64,000 nucleotides of DNA from Candidatus Poribacteria bacterium (GCA_965116925.1 OZ220744.1:4736001-4800000), one strand, 5' to 3'; counted from the stretch's first letter, positions 9,312-19,796 are shown. Notes: generated from the letters alone by a model not told the origin. Numbers and translations are program-made.

Positions 9312-10307
9312 ATGTTACGTACTTTAATTGGCTGCATCATGATTGTTTTTATGTTCGTAATTATCAGCGCAATAAGTGCAAAGGAGAAACAGATGGAAAC
9401 ATTCAAAGATCTAAAAGTTGGCATGGCAGCACCAGATTTCGCACTCAATGACGGAAATGGAACTGCCCACAGCTTACGCGATTATCTGGGGGAAAAGAAT
9501 GTCGTCTTGGCGTTTTATCCCAAAGACTTCACCGGCGGCTGAACGACAGAACTCCGCTCGCTCCGGGATGAGTTGAGCCAAATTCAGGGGACAGATACAG
9601 TCCTTTTGGGTGTCAGCGTTGATGATGAAGCCTCTCATAAAAAGTTTCAAGAGGAAGAAAATTTTGGATTCCCTCTACTCGCTGATACGGAATTCGCAGT
9701 CAGCAAGGTCTATAGCGGCATCATGGATAGATTTAAGGCTTCTAACCGATCGACCTTCATTATTGACAAAGCAGGATACATTCGTGCAATAGATCGAAAC
9801 GTGAACACGCAAACGCACGGCGAGGATCTCGTTAAACTAATCAATGAAAGCATTCCGGGACCGATTCAGGTCGGACAGCCTGCACCAGACCTTATCGCTT
9901 CCGATCAGGATGGCAACACCTATCAACTCAGCAGCTTCGAGGGGAAAAAGAACGTTGTGCTGGCGTTCTATCCCAAAGATTTCACCGGAGGCTGAACGGC
10001 AGAGGTATGCTCGCTCCGGGATGAGTCGAGTACATTTGCTGAACATGATACACAGGTCTTTGCAATTAGCGTACAAGATGCAGCGTCTCATAAGAGGTTT
10101 GCTGAAGAAAATAATCTTAACTTTCCATTGCTAGTGGACACAGGACGTCATATTAGTTTGCTCTTCGGTGCGACGGACAAACCGGACGGTTTGAGCAGTC
10201 GCATAACGGTTGTCATCGACAAAGACGGAAAGATTATCAAGCTCGATAAACAGGTCAACGCAAGGACACACGGCAAAGACCTAGCTGATTTCTTTGAGGC
10301 GATGTAA
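9312..10307 (+). CDS. Exported tandem BCP/PrxQ-type peroxiredoxin with two in-frame UGA (selenocysteine) codons, 331 aa
   Basis: ORFs 9312-9542, 9573-9995 and the untracked 9996-10307 share one frame. Both TGAs (9540, 9993) fall at the peroxidatic position of FYPKDFTGG-x. N-terminus resembles a signal peptide. Confidence 0.88.
9556..9578 (+). promoter_or_regulatory. Putative bacterial SECIS hairpin 1
   Basis: GCTCGCTC-CGGGAT-GAGTTGAGC, starting 13 nt after the UGA. Confidence 0.7.
10009..10031 (+). promoter_or_regulatory. Putative bacterial SECIS hairpin 2
   Basis: GCTCGCTC-CGGGAT-GAGTCGAGT, same 13-nt offset and identical 18-nt core. Confidence 0.7.
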
Positions 10308-10447
10308 TCTGCGCGAAAGATGGTACTTCTAAAGCCGAATTGCGAATCTAATTCACGCTGATAGCGCCTTCCATATCGGGCAAAGAATTACTTTACAATT
10401 AGCTACAATATGTGTATACTAATACCCTTGCGGGGTGGGGAAAATCT

Positions 10448-10963
10448 GTGAGAAATATTGTCCTGGTGGGTTTCATGGGAACAGGTAAGACCTCAGTGGG
10501 GAAAAGACTTGCCGAGCGTCTAGGGATGCCGATGATCGATACAGATGATATAATCGCAGAAGATAGCGGAATGGATATCCCCGACATCTTCGCTCGGTAT
10601 GGCGAACCGCACTTTAGGGATTTAGAGAGCACAGCTGTTTGTAAGGCAGCGAATCTAGAGAACCATGTGATCTCAACAGGCGGTGGGGTCGTCCTTCGAG
10701 AATCAAATTTGGATATGCTCAAGCGCAACGGTATTGTCTTCTGTTTGACAGCAACAACAGCAGAGATTTGGCGGCGTGTTAGGAGCGGAACCCATCGTCC
10801 GTTGCTGCAAGCACCCAATCCATTGGGTAGGATCGAGCAGATGCTTATAGAACGTCGTCCCTTTTATGCTCGCGCTGATCACCAGATCGTAACCACAGGA
10901 CTATCAATTAAAGCGGTTACAGATAAAATTGTAGGGATATTTCATTCCGAAAGAATCCTTTAG
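10448..10963 (+). CDS. aroK: Shikimate kinase
   Basis: GFMGTGKTSVG P-loop, DTD, GEPHFRDLE, STGGG, RPLL; GTG start assumed. Confidence 0.95.
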   Translation: MRNIVLVGFMGTGKTSVGKRLAERLGMPMIDTDDIIAEDSGMDIPDIFARYGEPHFRDLESTAVCKAANLENHVISTGGGVVLRESNLDMLKRNGIVFCLTATTAEIWRRVRSGTHRPLLQAPNPLGRIEQMLIERRPFYARADHQIVTTGLSIKAVTDKIVGIFHSERIL

Positions 10964-11037
10964 AACTTGTTTTAACAAGCAAGAAACAATCCCATGGTGC
11001 TGTGGATTTGTCAATCCACAGCGAGCCGTATCGCAGG

Positions 11038-11102
11038 GTAGGAGTTGGTTTTCCTAACCCGTCAGGCGAGGGGACCTCGCCTCTACGAAATCAAGCTCCT
11101 AC
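11038..11102. repeat. GTAG-type REP-like compound palindrome
   Basis: GTAGGAGTTGGTTT...AAATCAAGCTCCTAC enclosing GGCGAGG..CCTCGCC, which also occurs near 61804. Confidence 0.65.
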
Positions 11103-11263
11103 GATTGACCTGACACGGTTTCCTAAATTATAGCGCGAATGTGCCGCTGAGTAGTAGATTACGGAAGAAACCGAGTTTTGAAGAAAAAACTCGGTTCAGG
11201 GCAAATAACTTTACCCCAAATGGCTTTTCAAAGCTGAAAGGCCTTGCCCAGAGAAATTGATAT

Positions 11264-11704
11264 ATGAACATCTCACTGATTCACGGACCCAACCTTCAAC
11301 TCTTGGGAAGACGACAGCCTGAAATTTACGGTAGCCAGACGCTGGATGACATCAATTTACACCTAATCGAAATCGCTGCGGGACGAAGCGTTAATCTCAA
11401 GATTTTTCAGGCAAATTCCGAAGGTGAAATTGTCTCCTTTATTGGGGACAATATCGACTGGGCGGATGGCGTTATTATCAATCCTGCGGCTTACACGCAT
11501 ACGAGTGTCGCAATCCGGGATGCTCTGTCCGCTGTCAATCTCCCTGTTATTGAGATCCACCTCTCTAACGTGCACACCCGCGAGTCTTTTCGCCAGCATT
11601 CTTACATTTCTCCTATCGCTGTCGGTGTGATTTGTGGATTTGGGGCGCATGGCTATGATTTGGCGTTGGACGCGATGATTCAGGTTTTGCAGCAGGCAGA
11701 TTGA
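11264..11704 (+). CDS. aroQ: Type II 3-dehydroquinate dehydratase
   Basis: HGPNL.LLGRRQPEIYG, INPAAYTHTS, EIHLSN. Confidence 0.96.
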   Translation: MNISLIHGPNLQLLGRRQPEIYGSQTLDDINLHLIEIAAGRSVNLKIFQANSEGEIVSFIGDNIDWADGVIINPAAYTHTSVAIRDALSAVNLPVIEIHLSNVHTRESFRQHSYISPIAVGVICGFGAHGYDLALDAMIQVLQQAD

Positions 11705-11775
11705 TAGGATCGAGGAAAAGCAGATGAGAACAATTTTGGATACTTATTTTTTGAAAAGTGGAAAAGGAGAATTTT

Positions 11776-12333
11776 ATGGCAGCACTCAATGACTTACGAA
11801 ACGGTTTAGTTGTCCGACTCGATAACGTTATGTACACCATTACCGATTGTCAACACGTTAAGCCCGGCAAAGGGGGTGCATTTGCTCGTACAAAACTCAA
11901 GCGGGTCACCGACGGAGCAGTTATCGATCGGACGTTCCGTTCAAAAGACACAATCGAAACCGTTCGCCTTGAAGAACGTGATATGCAATATATGTATAGT
12001 GATGGAACGCTGTTATACTTCATGGATAACGAAACCTTTGAGCAAAATCAACTACCGGAAAACCTCCTGAACGATGGAATGAAGTTCCTCAAGGAAGGAG
12101 AAACGATCCGAGTCAAAGTTGACGAGAATACCCCTGTGGCGATCGAATTACCGACATTTGTAGAACTTAAAATTGTTGAAACAGATCCCGGCTTACGCGG
12201 CGATACCGCCAGCGGCGGGTCAAAGCCAGCAACGCTGGAAACAGGCGGGGTGGTCCAAGTGCCCCTATTTGTTGAAAATGGTACGACAATCAAGGTTGAT
12301 ACCCGTACAGGAACATATGTAGAGAGGGTTTAA
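11776..12333 (+). CDS. efp: Elongation factor P
   Basis: HVKPGKGGAF, GDTASGGSKPATLETG, DTRTG.Y.ERV; GGAG upstream of ATG 11776. Confidence 0.96.
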   Translation: MAALNDLRNGLVVRLDNVMYTITDCQHVKPGKGGAFARTKLKRVTDGAVIDRTFRSKDTIETVRLEERDMQYMYSDGTLLYFMDNETFEQNQLPENLLNDGMKFLKEGETIRVKVDENTPVAIELPTFVELKIVETDPGLRGDTASGGSKPATLETGGVVQVPLFVENGTTIKVDTRTGTYVERV

Positions 12334-12336
12334 TCG

Positions 12337-12804
12337 ATGCCGAGAGAAAAATCACCATCCGCTACAGAACTCCTGCAACAAGTCTGCGACATCATGGAAG
12401 AGCGAGATTTGACAGAGGTGCTTCTGCGTGAGGAAGGTATTACTTTGAAGGTCCGGCGAGGCAGTGAACCTGTACCTGTCGCGTTTTCGCAGCCAAGCGA
12501 CATGGTGCCCTTACCAGGTGCGGAACAGGTCGAGTCTTCTGCGGCACCGCTGTCACCAGAAGTGGGAGAACTCGTACGGTCACCGATGGTAGGACTGTTT
12601 TATGCGTCACAATCGCCGGAGGCTGCGCCTTATGTGGAAGCTGGAAGCGTTGTATCCGAAGACGATACTTTGTGCTTGATTGAAGCGATGAAAATTTTCA
12701 ACGAAGTCAAACCGGATTTTCCCTGCGAGATTCTTGAAATTCTCGTTGAAGATACAACGACCGTTGAGTTTGATCAGCCCCTGTTCCGCGTGAAACGGGT
12801 ATAA
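12337..12804 (+). CDS. accB: Acetyl-CoA carboxylase biotin carboxyl carrier protein
   Basis: SPMVG.FY, EAMK biotinylation motif, VEFDQPLF. Confidence 0.93.
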   Translation: MPREKSPSATELLQQVCDIMEERDLTEVLLREEGITLKVRRGSEPVPVAFSQPSDMVPLPGAEQVESSAAPLSPEVGELVRSPMVGLFYASQSPEAAPYVEAGSVVSEDDTLCLIEAMKIFNEVKPDFPCEILEILVEDTTTVEFDQPLFRVKRV

Positions 12805-13087
12805 GGACGGATTTAATTTTCTTCTTCTTATCAAGAACAATTTTGTGCACTTTTATATCGGTCATCCGCCGGAGCAGAACTTTATCCCAACCGCGGCGAT
12901 TGTTGTTACCCAACCCAGACTAGATTTCAGGATTGAAGGACAAAACAACATCTTAAAGTTCCTATTTTTCCTGCTAATCATTGAATCCTGATTGGATTTT
13001 TGCGGGCACCGGTGTAATTACAATAGGAGACCAAATCTAGGACAACGGTGTTGTCCCCTAAAATAATCGGAGATGTAGGAAGGAAGT

Positions 13088-14767
13088 ATGAGAAACGAAC
13101 TCAAACGTCAAAGCTATGTGATTACTGATGGTCCAGATCGAGCAGCAGCGCGCGCCATGTTGATGTTCGGCGATGATGGACTAAAACCTGAAGATCTAGA
13201 TAAACCAATTGTGGGGGTCGCCAATACATGGATTGAGATTGGACCTTGCAACTACCACCTCCGCCGCCTTGCTGCAAAAGTGAAGGAAGGCATCCGGGCA
13301 GCAGGTGGCACGCCTCTCGAATTTAATACAGTTAGCATTTCAGATGGAATTAGTATGGGCACCGAGGGAATGAAGGCATCGCTCATCAGCCGAGAGGTGA
13401 TCGCGGATTCCATCGAACTGGTTTGTCGCGGCAATATGTTTGATGCAGTTGTTACGCTTTGCGGCTGCGACAAAACTGTGCCCGGTACAGTGATGGCACT
13501 TGCCCGTCTAGACATACCCTCATTGACGCTTTACGGCGGGTCAATTATGCCCGGCCGTTTTCAGGAAGAAGATGTGACAATTATGGAGGTTTTTGAGGCG
13601 GTGGGGGTGCACGCTGCAGGCAAAATCACTATCGAAGAACTTGATGACCTCATTAGCAAAGGCTGCCCCGGTCCGGGGGCTTGCGGTGGGCAATACACCG
13701 CCAACACAATGGCAACCGCTGTTGAGATTCTTGGGATGGCACCAATGGGTAGTGGCAGTGTTCCGGCAGTGGATAAAAATAAAGATGATGTCGCATTCCA
13801 AGCCGGTCAACTAGTTATGGAGATGCTAGCCGCTGACCGCCGTCCCAGCCAAATCATCACGCGACGTTCGCTCGAAAATGCAATATCCTCGGTGGCGACA
13901 ACCGCTGGTTCAACGAATGGCGTCCTTCATCTGCTCGCAATTGCACACGAAGCCAATATTCCATTGACGATCGACGACTTTGAAGAAATCCGATCAAAGA
14001 CACCAATCTATGTAAATCTGAGGCCCGGTGGACGTTTCGTTGCCGCGGATCTGCATGAAGCGGGTGGCATTCAGCTTGTCGCCAAACGCCTTATGGAAGC
14101 CGGACGCCTCCACGCCGACGAACTCACCGTAACGGGGCAGACTATCGGTGAAGCTGCTGCTAACGCTGTCGAAACAGAGGGGCAGGAAGTTGTTTTCCCC
14201 GTGTCGAAACCGATTAAACCGACCGGTGGGTTCGCAATACTCAAAGGCAATCTCGCTCCCGATGGCTGCGTCATCAAGTTAGCCGGTCATGATAGAACTG
14301 TCCATAGAGGTCCAGTGCGTGTATTTGAACGCGAGGAAGATACCTTTGCAGCGATTAAGAACGGAACTATCCAGCCGGGTGATGTAGTTGTCATCCGTTA
14401 CGAGGGACCTGCCGGGGGTCCAGGTATGCGAGAGATGCTCGGTGTTACCGCCGCAATTATCGGGGCCGGACTGGGTGAAGATGTCGCCCTCATGACGGAT
14501 GGCAGGTTCTCTGGTGCCACGCACGGCTTCATGATTTGCCACATTGCGCCGGAAGCAGCGCATGGTGGACCGATTGCAATATTACGTGATGGTGATATTG
14601 TGGTGATTGACGCTGAAGCACTTCGGATTGATGTTGAGCTTTCAGACGAGGAAATCCAAGCGCGACTTGATAAATGGACGCCTCCAGCCCCGCGCTACAC
14701 CCGCGGCGTGATGGCGAAATATGCACGTCTTGTGTCATCTGCCTCCGAAGGGGCAGTCACTGGATGA
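13088..14767 (+). CDS. ilvD: Dihydroxy-acid dehydratase
   Basis: [32 protein letters not shown]. Confidence 0.95.
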   Translation: MRNELKRQSYVITDGPDRAAARAMLMFGDDGLKPEDLDKPIVGVANTWIEIGPCNYHLRRLAAKVKEGIRAAGGTPLEFNTVSISDGISMGTEGMKASLISREVIADSIELVCRGNMFDAVVTLCGCDKTVPGTVMALARLDIPSLTLYGGSIMPGRFQEEDVTIMEVFEAVGVHAAGKITIEELDDLISKGCPGPGACGGQYTANTMATAVEILGMAPMGSGSVPAVDKNKDDVAFQAGQLVMEMLAADRRPSQIITRRSLENAISSVATTAGSTNGVLHLLAIAHEANIPLTIDDFEEIRSKTPIYVNLRPGGRFVAADLHEAGGIQLVAKRLMEAGRLHADELTVTGQTIGEAAANAVETEGQEVVFPVSKPIKPTGGFAILKGNLAPDGCVIKLAGHDRTVHRGPVRVFEREEDTFAAIKNGTIQPGDVVVIRYEGPAGGPGMREMLGVTAAIIGAGLGEDVALMTDGRFSGATHGFMICHIAPEAAHGGPIAILRDGDIVVIDAEALRIDVELSDEEIQARLDKWTPPAPRYTRGVMAKYARLVSSASEGAVTG

Positions 14768-14778
14768 GGCGCGAACAG

Positions 14779-15006
14779 ATGCTGTGTGATACTTGTGGTA
14801 GAGAGGGAGCACGAACCCGCAGAGTTACAGAAACCTACGGCAAGGGTGGAGATTTGATAGTCATTGAGAATATCCCTATGGTGAGCTGCTCCCATTGTGG
14901 AGAAAGCTACTTTACAGCGGATACGCTTCATGAAATTGAGCGTATCAAGCTCCACCACAAGAGTTTTGCTGTTGAACGTCCGGTGCCGGTAGCCAAGTTT
15001 GTATAG
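14779..15006 (+). CDS. YgiT-type zinc-finger protein (MqsA N-terminal-like, stand-alone)
   Basis: CDTCG...IENIP..SCSHCGESYF; the alternative start at 14764 overlaps the ilvD stop. Confidence 0.8.
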   Translation: MLCDTCGREGARTRRVTETYGKGGDLIVIENIPMVSCSHCGESYFTADTLHEIERIKLHHKSFAVERPVPVAKFV

Positions 15007-15027
15007 AGAATTTCCCCATACAAAGAT

Positions 15028-15828
15028 ATGCAAGATAAAATTGTCGGTCGAAATTCAGTGCTAGAACTTCTACGCCGCGGCAACCGCGAAATTGAACGGA
15101 TACTGATCGCACAGGGAAATAATCACCCGCGCCTCCGGCAAATCCGTGCTATCGCTGAGAAAAATGGCATCCGCTGTGATTTCACGCCACGTCGGGAATT
15201 AGATCCGATAGAAACCGAAGTCCCGCATCAAGGGGTTATCGCCCTTGTCAGTCCTGCCAGTTATATCGACCTTCCGAGTCTCATCACAAACACACAAGAC
15301 TCAAATCATCCACCGTTATTCATTATGCTCGATCAGGTCCAAGATCCCCGGAATCTTGGTGCAATTATCCGCACAGCGGATGCTGTCAATGCCGATGGGT
15401 TAATCCTTCCGAAGGATAGAGCCGCCGGCATCACAACCGCTGCACACAAAGCTTCGGCGGGCAGCTCTGAATATATGCCAATTGCTCAAGTGACCAACCT
15501 TGCCCGAACAATCGAGACCCTCAAGGATGCTGGTATCTGGGTGATTGGCGCAGATCAGACAGCACCAACGCCCTATACTCAGGCAGATTTGACGGCACCG
15601 ACTTGTCTTGTCCTCGGTAACGAGGCAGAGGGTCTCCGTCGCCTCGTTAAGGAGAAATGCGACCTACTGATCCACCTCCCGATGTTCGGACACGTTCCAT
15701 CGCTCAACGTTTCGGTCGCTGCGGGCATTTTGCTTTATGAGGTCATTCGTCAGAGGGGAAATACCGATTCAGTATCAGAGCGTGTGAAAGCGGGTAGGGA
15801 ACGCAGATCTGCGTTCCCTACAATCTGA
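15028..15828 (+). CDS. rlmB: 23S rRNA Gm2251 methyltransferase (TrmH/SpoU family)
   Basis: HQGVIA, DPRNLGAIIR, GNEAEGL, SLNVSVAAG. Confidence 0.9.
   Translation: MQDKIVGRNSVLELLRRGNREIERILIAQGNNHPRLRQIRAIAEKNGIRCDFTPRRELDPIETEVPHQGVIALVSPASYIDLPSLITNTQDSNHPPLFIMLDQVQDPRNLGAIIRTADAVNADGLILPKDRAAGITTAAHKASAGSSEYMPIAQVTNLARTIETLKDAGIWVIGADQTAPTPYTQADLTAPTCLVLGNEAEGLRRLVKEKCDLLIHLPMFGHVPSLNVSVAAGILLYEVIRQRGNTDSVSERVKAGRERRSAFPTI
15794..15821. repeat. Perfect 28-bp GTAG palindrome in the rlmB 3' end
   Basis: GTAGGGAACGCAGATCTGCGTTCCCTAC equals its own reverse complement. Confidence 0.8.
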
Positions 15829-15854
15829 CCGCTCTTATAGGACAAAAAATCATT

Positions 15855-17231
15855 ATGCAGATCAACGACTCAATTACCGTCGAACAACTCAAACCGAAAC
15901 TTGAGCATCTGTTTGAGCTATCGGGAAAGAAGATTTTATCAATTGAAGACACATGGCTTCCCGAAAAAGGGACGCCGGTGTTCACTGTTGCCGGTCAGTA
16001 TACCACGCGAGGGTGGACGGAGTGGACGCAGGGATTTCAATTCGGTTCCGCGCTATTGCAATTCGACGCAACAGATGACGAGCAGTTCCTTGAAATCGGG
16101 CGGAAGAACACAGTCGAAAAGATGGCACCTCATCTGACGCATATCGGTGTACACGACCACGGGTTCAATAACGTCTCGACCTATGGTAATTTACGGCGCA
16201 TGATCCTTGAAGGTCGTATTCCATATAACGATTGGGAACTCCATTTCTACGAACTTGCGCTGAAAGTGTCATCAGCGGTGCAAGCAAGTCGCTGGTCAAA
16301 GATAAAAGATGGGAAAGGCTATATCCCCTCTTTCAACGGTCCCCATTCACTTTTTGCAGACACCATCCGCTCGTTGCGGGCATTGGCGTTGGGACATAGC
16401 CTAGGGCATGTACTGATGGGCGAGAACGATCAGCCAATCACTTTGCTAGAGCGATTGTTACACCACTCCGAGACAACCGCAACCTATAACGTCTACTACG
16501 GCGAAGAACGCGATGCGTTTGATGTACGCGGGCGTGTCGCACACGAATCGGTCTTTAATATGAATGATGGGAATTATCGCTGTCCAAGTAGCCAGCAGGG
16601 ATATTCACCGTTTACAACGTGGACGCGGGGACTCGCTTGGATTATCACAGGCTATGCCGAGCAGCTTGAGTTCTTTGAGACACTGGCAGACGACGATCTT
16701 ACCCCTTACGGCGGGAAGGCAGAGGCAGCCGATCATATACTGAAAGCCGCCAGAGCAACTTCCGACTTTTATATTGAAAACACAGCCTTAGACGGCATCC
16801 CGTATTGGGACACTGGGGCACCGGGGCTGCCTCAACTTGGATCCTATCTCCAACAACCCGCAGACCCGTTCAACGATATTGAGCCTGTCGATAGTTCCGC
16901 AGCCGCTATCACGGCGCAGGGGTTGATCCGACTAGGGAATTATCTCAAGAAACAGGGAGAACAGGCAGCAGGGAAATGCTACTATCAGGCGGGATTAACA
17001 GTTGCTGCGACACTCTTTTCTGAACCGTATCTTTCGGAATCTGACGAGCATCAGGGTTTAATCCTGCATTCAATCTACCATCGTCCAAACGGTTGGGATT
17101 ATATCCCCGAAGGCAGGGCTATTCCGTGTGGCGAATCGTCAATGTGGGGCGATTACCATGCACGGGAACTTGGACTGCTTCTGCTACGGGAATTGAAGAA
17201 TCAACCGTATCTGACTTTTTGGGGGAACTAG
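15855..17231 (+). CDS. Glycoside hydrolase, GH88-like (unsaturated glucuronyl hydrolase-related)
   Basis: WT.GF, HDHGF, QQGY...TWTRG.AW, PYWD, DSSAAAI, WGDY. Confidence 0.75.
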   Translation: MQINDSITVEQLKPKLEHLFELSGKKILSIEDTWLPEKGTPVFTVAGQYTTRGWTEWTQGFQFGSALLQFDATDDEQFLEIGRKNTVEKMAPHLTHIGVHDHGFNNVSTYGNLRRMILEGRIPYNDWELHFYELALKVSSAVQASRWSKIKDGKGYIPSFNGPHSLFADTIRSLRALALGHSLGHVLMGENDQPITLLERLLHHSETTATYNVYYGEERDAFDVRGRVAHESVFNMNDGNYRCPSSQQGYSPFTTWTRGLAWIITGYAEQLEFFETLADDDLTPYGGKAEAADHILKAARATSDFYIENTALDGIPYWDTGAPGLPQLGSYLQQPADPFNDIEPVDSSAAAITAQGLIRLGNYLKKQGEQAAGKCYYQAGLTVAATLFSEPYLSESDEHQGLILHSIYHRPNGWDYIPEGRAIPCGESSMWGDYHARELGLLLLRELKNQPYLTFWGN

Positions 17232-17277
17232 TAAAGAACAAAAATCTTCATTTTGTAAAAATTAGGGGAATCTATCA

Positions 17278-18018
17278 ATGCAATTAACAGACAAGCAGGT
17301 GCAGCAGTTTCATGAAGAAGGGTACTTGATTTTTGAAAATCTAATCCACGGTGAAAAACTCAAAGCCTATCAGGAACTCTTCGATGATCTCGTTGAGCGT
17401 AGCCTCACCGTCCCACCTGATATACCACACTGGACCTTTGAATTCGGCGAAGACCACAAACCGATTGCGGGATTTTTACACAAAATTCAAGGGGTGTGCG
17501 TTGTTGAACCAAAGGTACTGGATCTCGCTCAAGAGACGGAAATTCTTGACCGAGTGCAAACACTCGTCGGTCCTGACATTGATGTATTCGGCACCAAGTT
17601 CTTTCCCAAGTTGCCGAATGGCGGCACCTCGGTAGACTGGCATCAAGACAACTACTACTTCGGTACAAATACAGACCGAATTGTCAGTTGCGGTATTTAT
17701 CTTCAGGACGCTGACCGTGAGAACGGCTGCCTGAGAGTTGTACCGAAAAGTCATCTGTCTCAAGAGATTGTGGAGCATCACCGAAAGCAGGGGGCACATG
17801 GGAGTTGGACAGAGGTGGACGAATCGAAAGCTGTCGATGTAGAGGTGCCCGGTGGTACGGTGGTCTTCTTCTCATCGAATCTTCTCCATGGGACTTACGA
17901 GAATCGTAGTAATCGCCCCCGCTACAGCACCGCTTGGCACTATATCCCCGCCGATCTGCCTCTAGACCGGTTCCCACGCGGCGGTTACGAAGATCGGCAC
18001 ATTGTTCGGGGGGATTAA
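17278..18018 (+). CDS. PhyH-family Fe(II)/2-oxoglutarate dioxygenase
   Basis: F.EEGYL, WHQD, NGCLRVVP.SH, LLHG, N.S..PR. Confidence 0.9.
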   Translation: MQLTDKQVQQFHEEGYLIFENLIHGEKLKAYQELFDDLVERSLTVPPDIPHWTFEFGEDHKPIAGFLHKIQGVCVVEPKVLDLAQETEILDRVQTLVGPDIDVFGTKFFPKLPNGGTSVDWHQDNYYFGTNTDRIVSCGIYLQDADRENGCLRVVPKSHLSQEIVEHHRKQGAHGSWTEVDESKAVDVEVPGGTVVFFSSNLLHGTYENRSNRPRYSTAWHYIPADLPLDRFPRGGYEDRHIVRGD

Positions 18019-18037
18019 TACACCGAAAGAGGGCAAT

Positions 18038-18829
18038 ATGCTCAGTCGTTCTGAAATAGAATCATTTCTTCAAGAAGGCTACGTTATCCGTAGAGGCGTA
18101 TTAAGCCAAACGGATATCGAAACATATCGTGCCGCTGTGGATTCCATCCTTCACAAATGCCGCGTCGAAAAGGTACATGAATATCTGCGCTACGTTGATG
18201 GCGAACAGGATGACATCTGGGGCGTAAATCACATCTTTCATCCAAGCATCAGAGAACAAGCACTCGTCGAATCGCTTGCACATCCCCAAATTTTGGATGT
18301 CATCGAAAGCCTAATTGGGACGCGGTTACGCTATCACCTGTGCACACTGTTGGTGAGTTCGGAACGCAAGCCGTATCACATCAACTGGCATCGGGATTCC
18401 GCACGAGATGGTGAAGTGCCGCTCGAACGACTGCTCGCCAGACTCCGGAGCAGCGTTCAGCTGAATGGGGCGTTGTACGACGATGAGACCCTCTTCATCG
18501 TCCCCGGCAGCCACCGACGGGAAATTACCGGCACTGAACGACATATCATACAGCATTCGCCCAAAGCCGATATGCCCAACCAGATGGCTGTCCAACTGAA
18601 AGCAGGTGATATTGTTTTCTACAACTCCAGTTTGCTCCACAAGGGGTATAATCGATCTGGCGTGATCCGTCAAACGCTGCATTACGCGCTTGTGGTTGCA
18701 CCGCCCGAAGGAGAACCGCCAAACCCGGATAGCCCCACGAGTCAGGAGTGGCTGAACGATTCGGCGTTCCTTGGAAGTCTTAACCCGCGAATCAAACCAC
18801 TTTTCGATAATTGGTTAAAGTATGGATAA
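18038..18829 (+). CDS. PhyH-family dioxygenase
   Basis: F.QEGYV, WHRD, VPGSHRR, LLHKG, R.TLH. Confidence 0.88.
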   Translation: MLSRSEIESFLQEGYVIRRGVLSQTDIETYRAAVDSILHKCRVEKVHEYLRYVDGEQDDIWGVNHIFHPSIREQALVESLAHPQILDVIESLIGTRLRYHLCTLLVSSERKPYHINWHRDSARDGEVPLERLLARLRSSVQLNGALYDDETLFIVPGSHRREITGTERHIIQHSPKADMPNQMAVQLKAGDIVFYNSSLLHKGYNRSGVIRQTLHYALVVAPPEGEPPNPDSPTSQEWLNDSAFLGSLNPRIKPLFDNWLKYG

Positions 18830-18843
18830 TAGAGGAGGGATTT

Positions 18844-19779
18844 ATGGCAACACATCATTTTGACCCAACTGTTTATCACGTCGCAATTGGGGCACACGAA
18901 CCGGTGCTCCACATCGACAGCGGCGATACCGTCGTGACAACAACCGTTGACGCCGGTGGTGTTGACGCTGCCGGGGAGCAAGTCACTGAAGGCGGAAATC
19001 CGCAGACGGGACCATTTTATATCAACGGTGCAGCACCGGGGGATACACTTGCCGTTCACTTTGATCGACTGGTTCCCAATCGCAAGATGGGCAGAACCTC
19101 AACGGTAATTGCTCCGCATGTCCTAGATGCACAATATGTAGCCTCCGATCTACCGGAGAACGGTCGTGGAGACTGGGAAATTGATCTGGACAAATGGACA
19201 GCGACCCTTGTCTCACCGGAAACGAGCCTTGGTCGGCTCACGCTGCCGTTGGAGCCGATGGCGGGATGTTTTGGAGTTGCGCCACCGCGTAAACAGGCAA
19301 TCTCTACAGCAACCTCTTCAACGCACGGCGGAAACATGGACTACCGCGGTTTTTGTGAAGGTGTCACCGTTTATCTTCCCGTCTTTGTGGATGGTGCGCT
19401 GTTTCATATCGGGGATGGACACGCTGTACAAGGTGACGGTGAGATTGTCGGAACCGGGATTGAGATCTCGTTTGACGTGCAGTTTACGGTCAATGTAATC
19501 AAAGGCAAAGAGATCGGCTGGCCTCGCGCGGAAAACGACGACTATATCCTAGCGGCTGGAAATGCGCGCCCCTTGGATCAGTGTGTGCAGCACGCGACGA
19601 CAGAGATGGTCCGCTGGCTTAACGAACTCGGCTTGGAGGGAAATGCTCCCCACATCTTACTCGGTCAGTGTGTAGAGTACGATATGGGCAATGTGTATGA
19701 CCCAGCGTATACGATGGTCTGCAAGGTGAAAAAGAGTATCTTGCGGGATATTGGTTTAACCCTGAATCCGCTGATCTGA
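18844..19779 (+). CDS. Acetamidase/formamidase family protein
   Basis: TGPFYI.GA.PGD.L, HGGNMD, GDGHA.QGDGE. Confidence 0.9.
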   Translation: MATHHFDPTVYHVAIGAHEPVLHIDSGDTVVTTTVDAGGVDAAGEQVTEGGNPQTGPFYINGAAPGDTLAVHFDRLVPNRKMGRTSTVIAPHVLDAQYVASDLPENGRGDWEIDLDKWTATLVSPETSLGRLTLPLEPMAGCFGVAPPRKQAISTATSSTHGGNMDYRGFCEGVTVYLPVFVDGALFHIGDGHAVQGDGEIVGTGIEISFDVQFTVNVIKGKEIGWPRAENDDYILAAGNARPLDQCVQHATTEMVRWLNELGLEGNAPHILLGQCVEYDMGNVYDPAYTMVCKVKKSILRDIGLTLNPLI

Positions 19780-19796
19780 AAGTAGGAAAATTGGTA

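Noticed and set aside
9312..9995. Two separate short AhpC/TSA ORFs or a pseudogene, as in the ORF track
   Set aside because: Same frame, stops only at the catalytic codon in both domains, and conserved hairpins favour one recoded gene.
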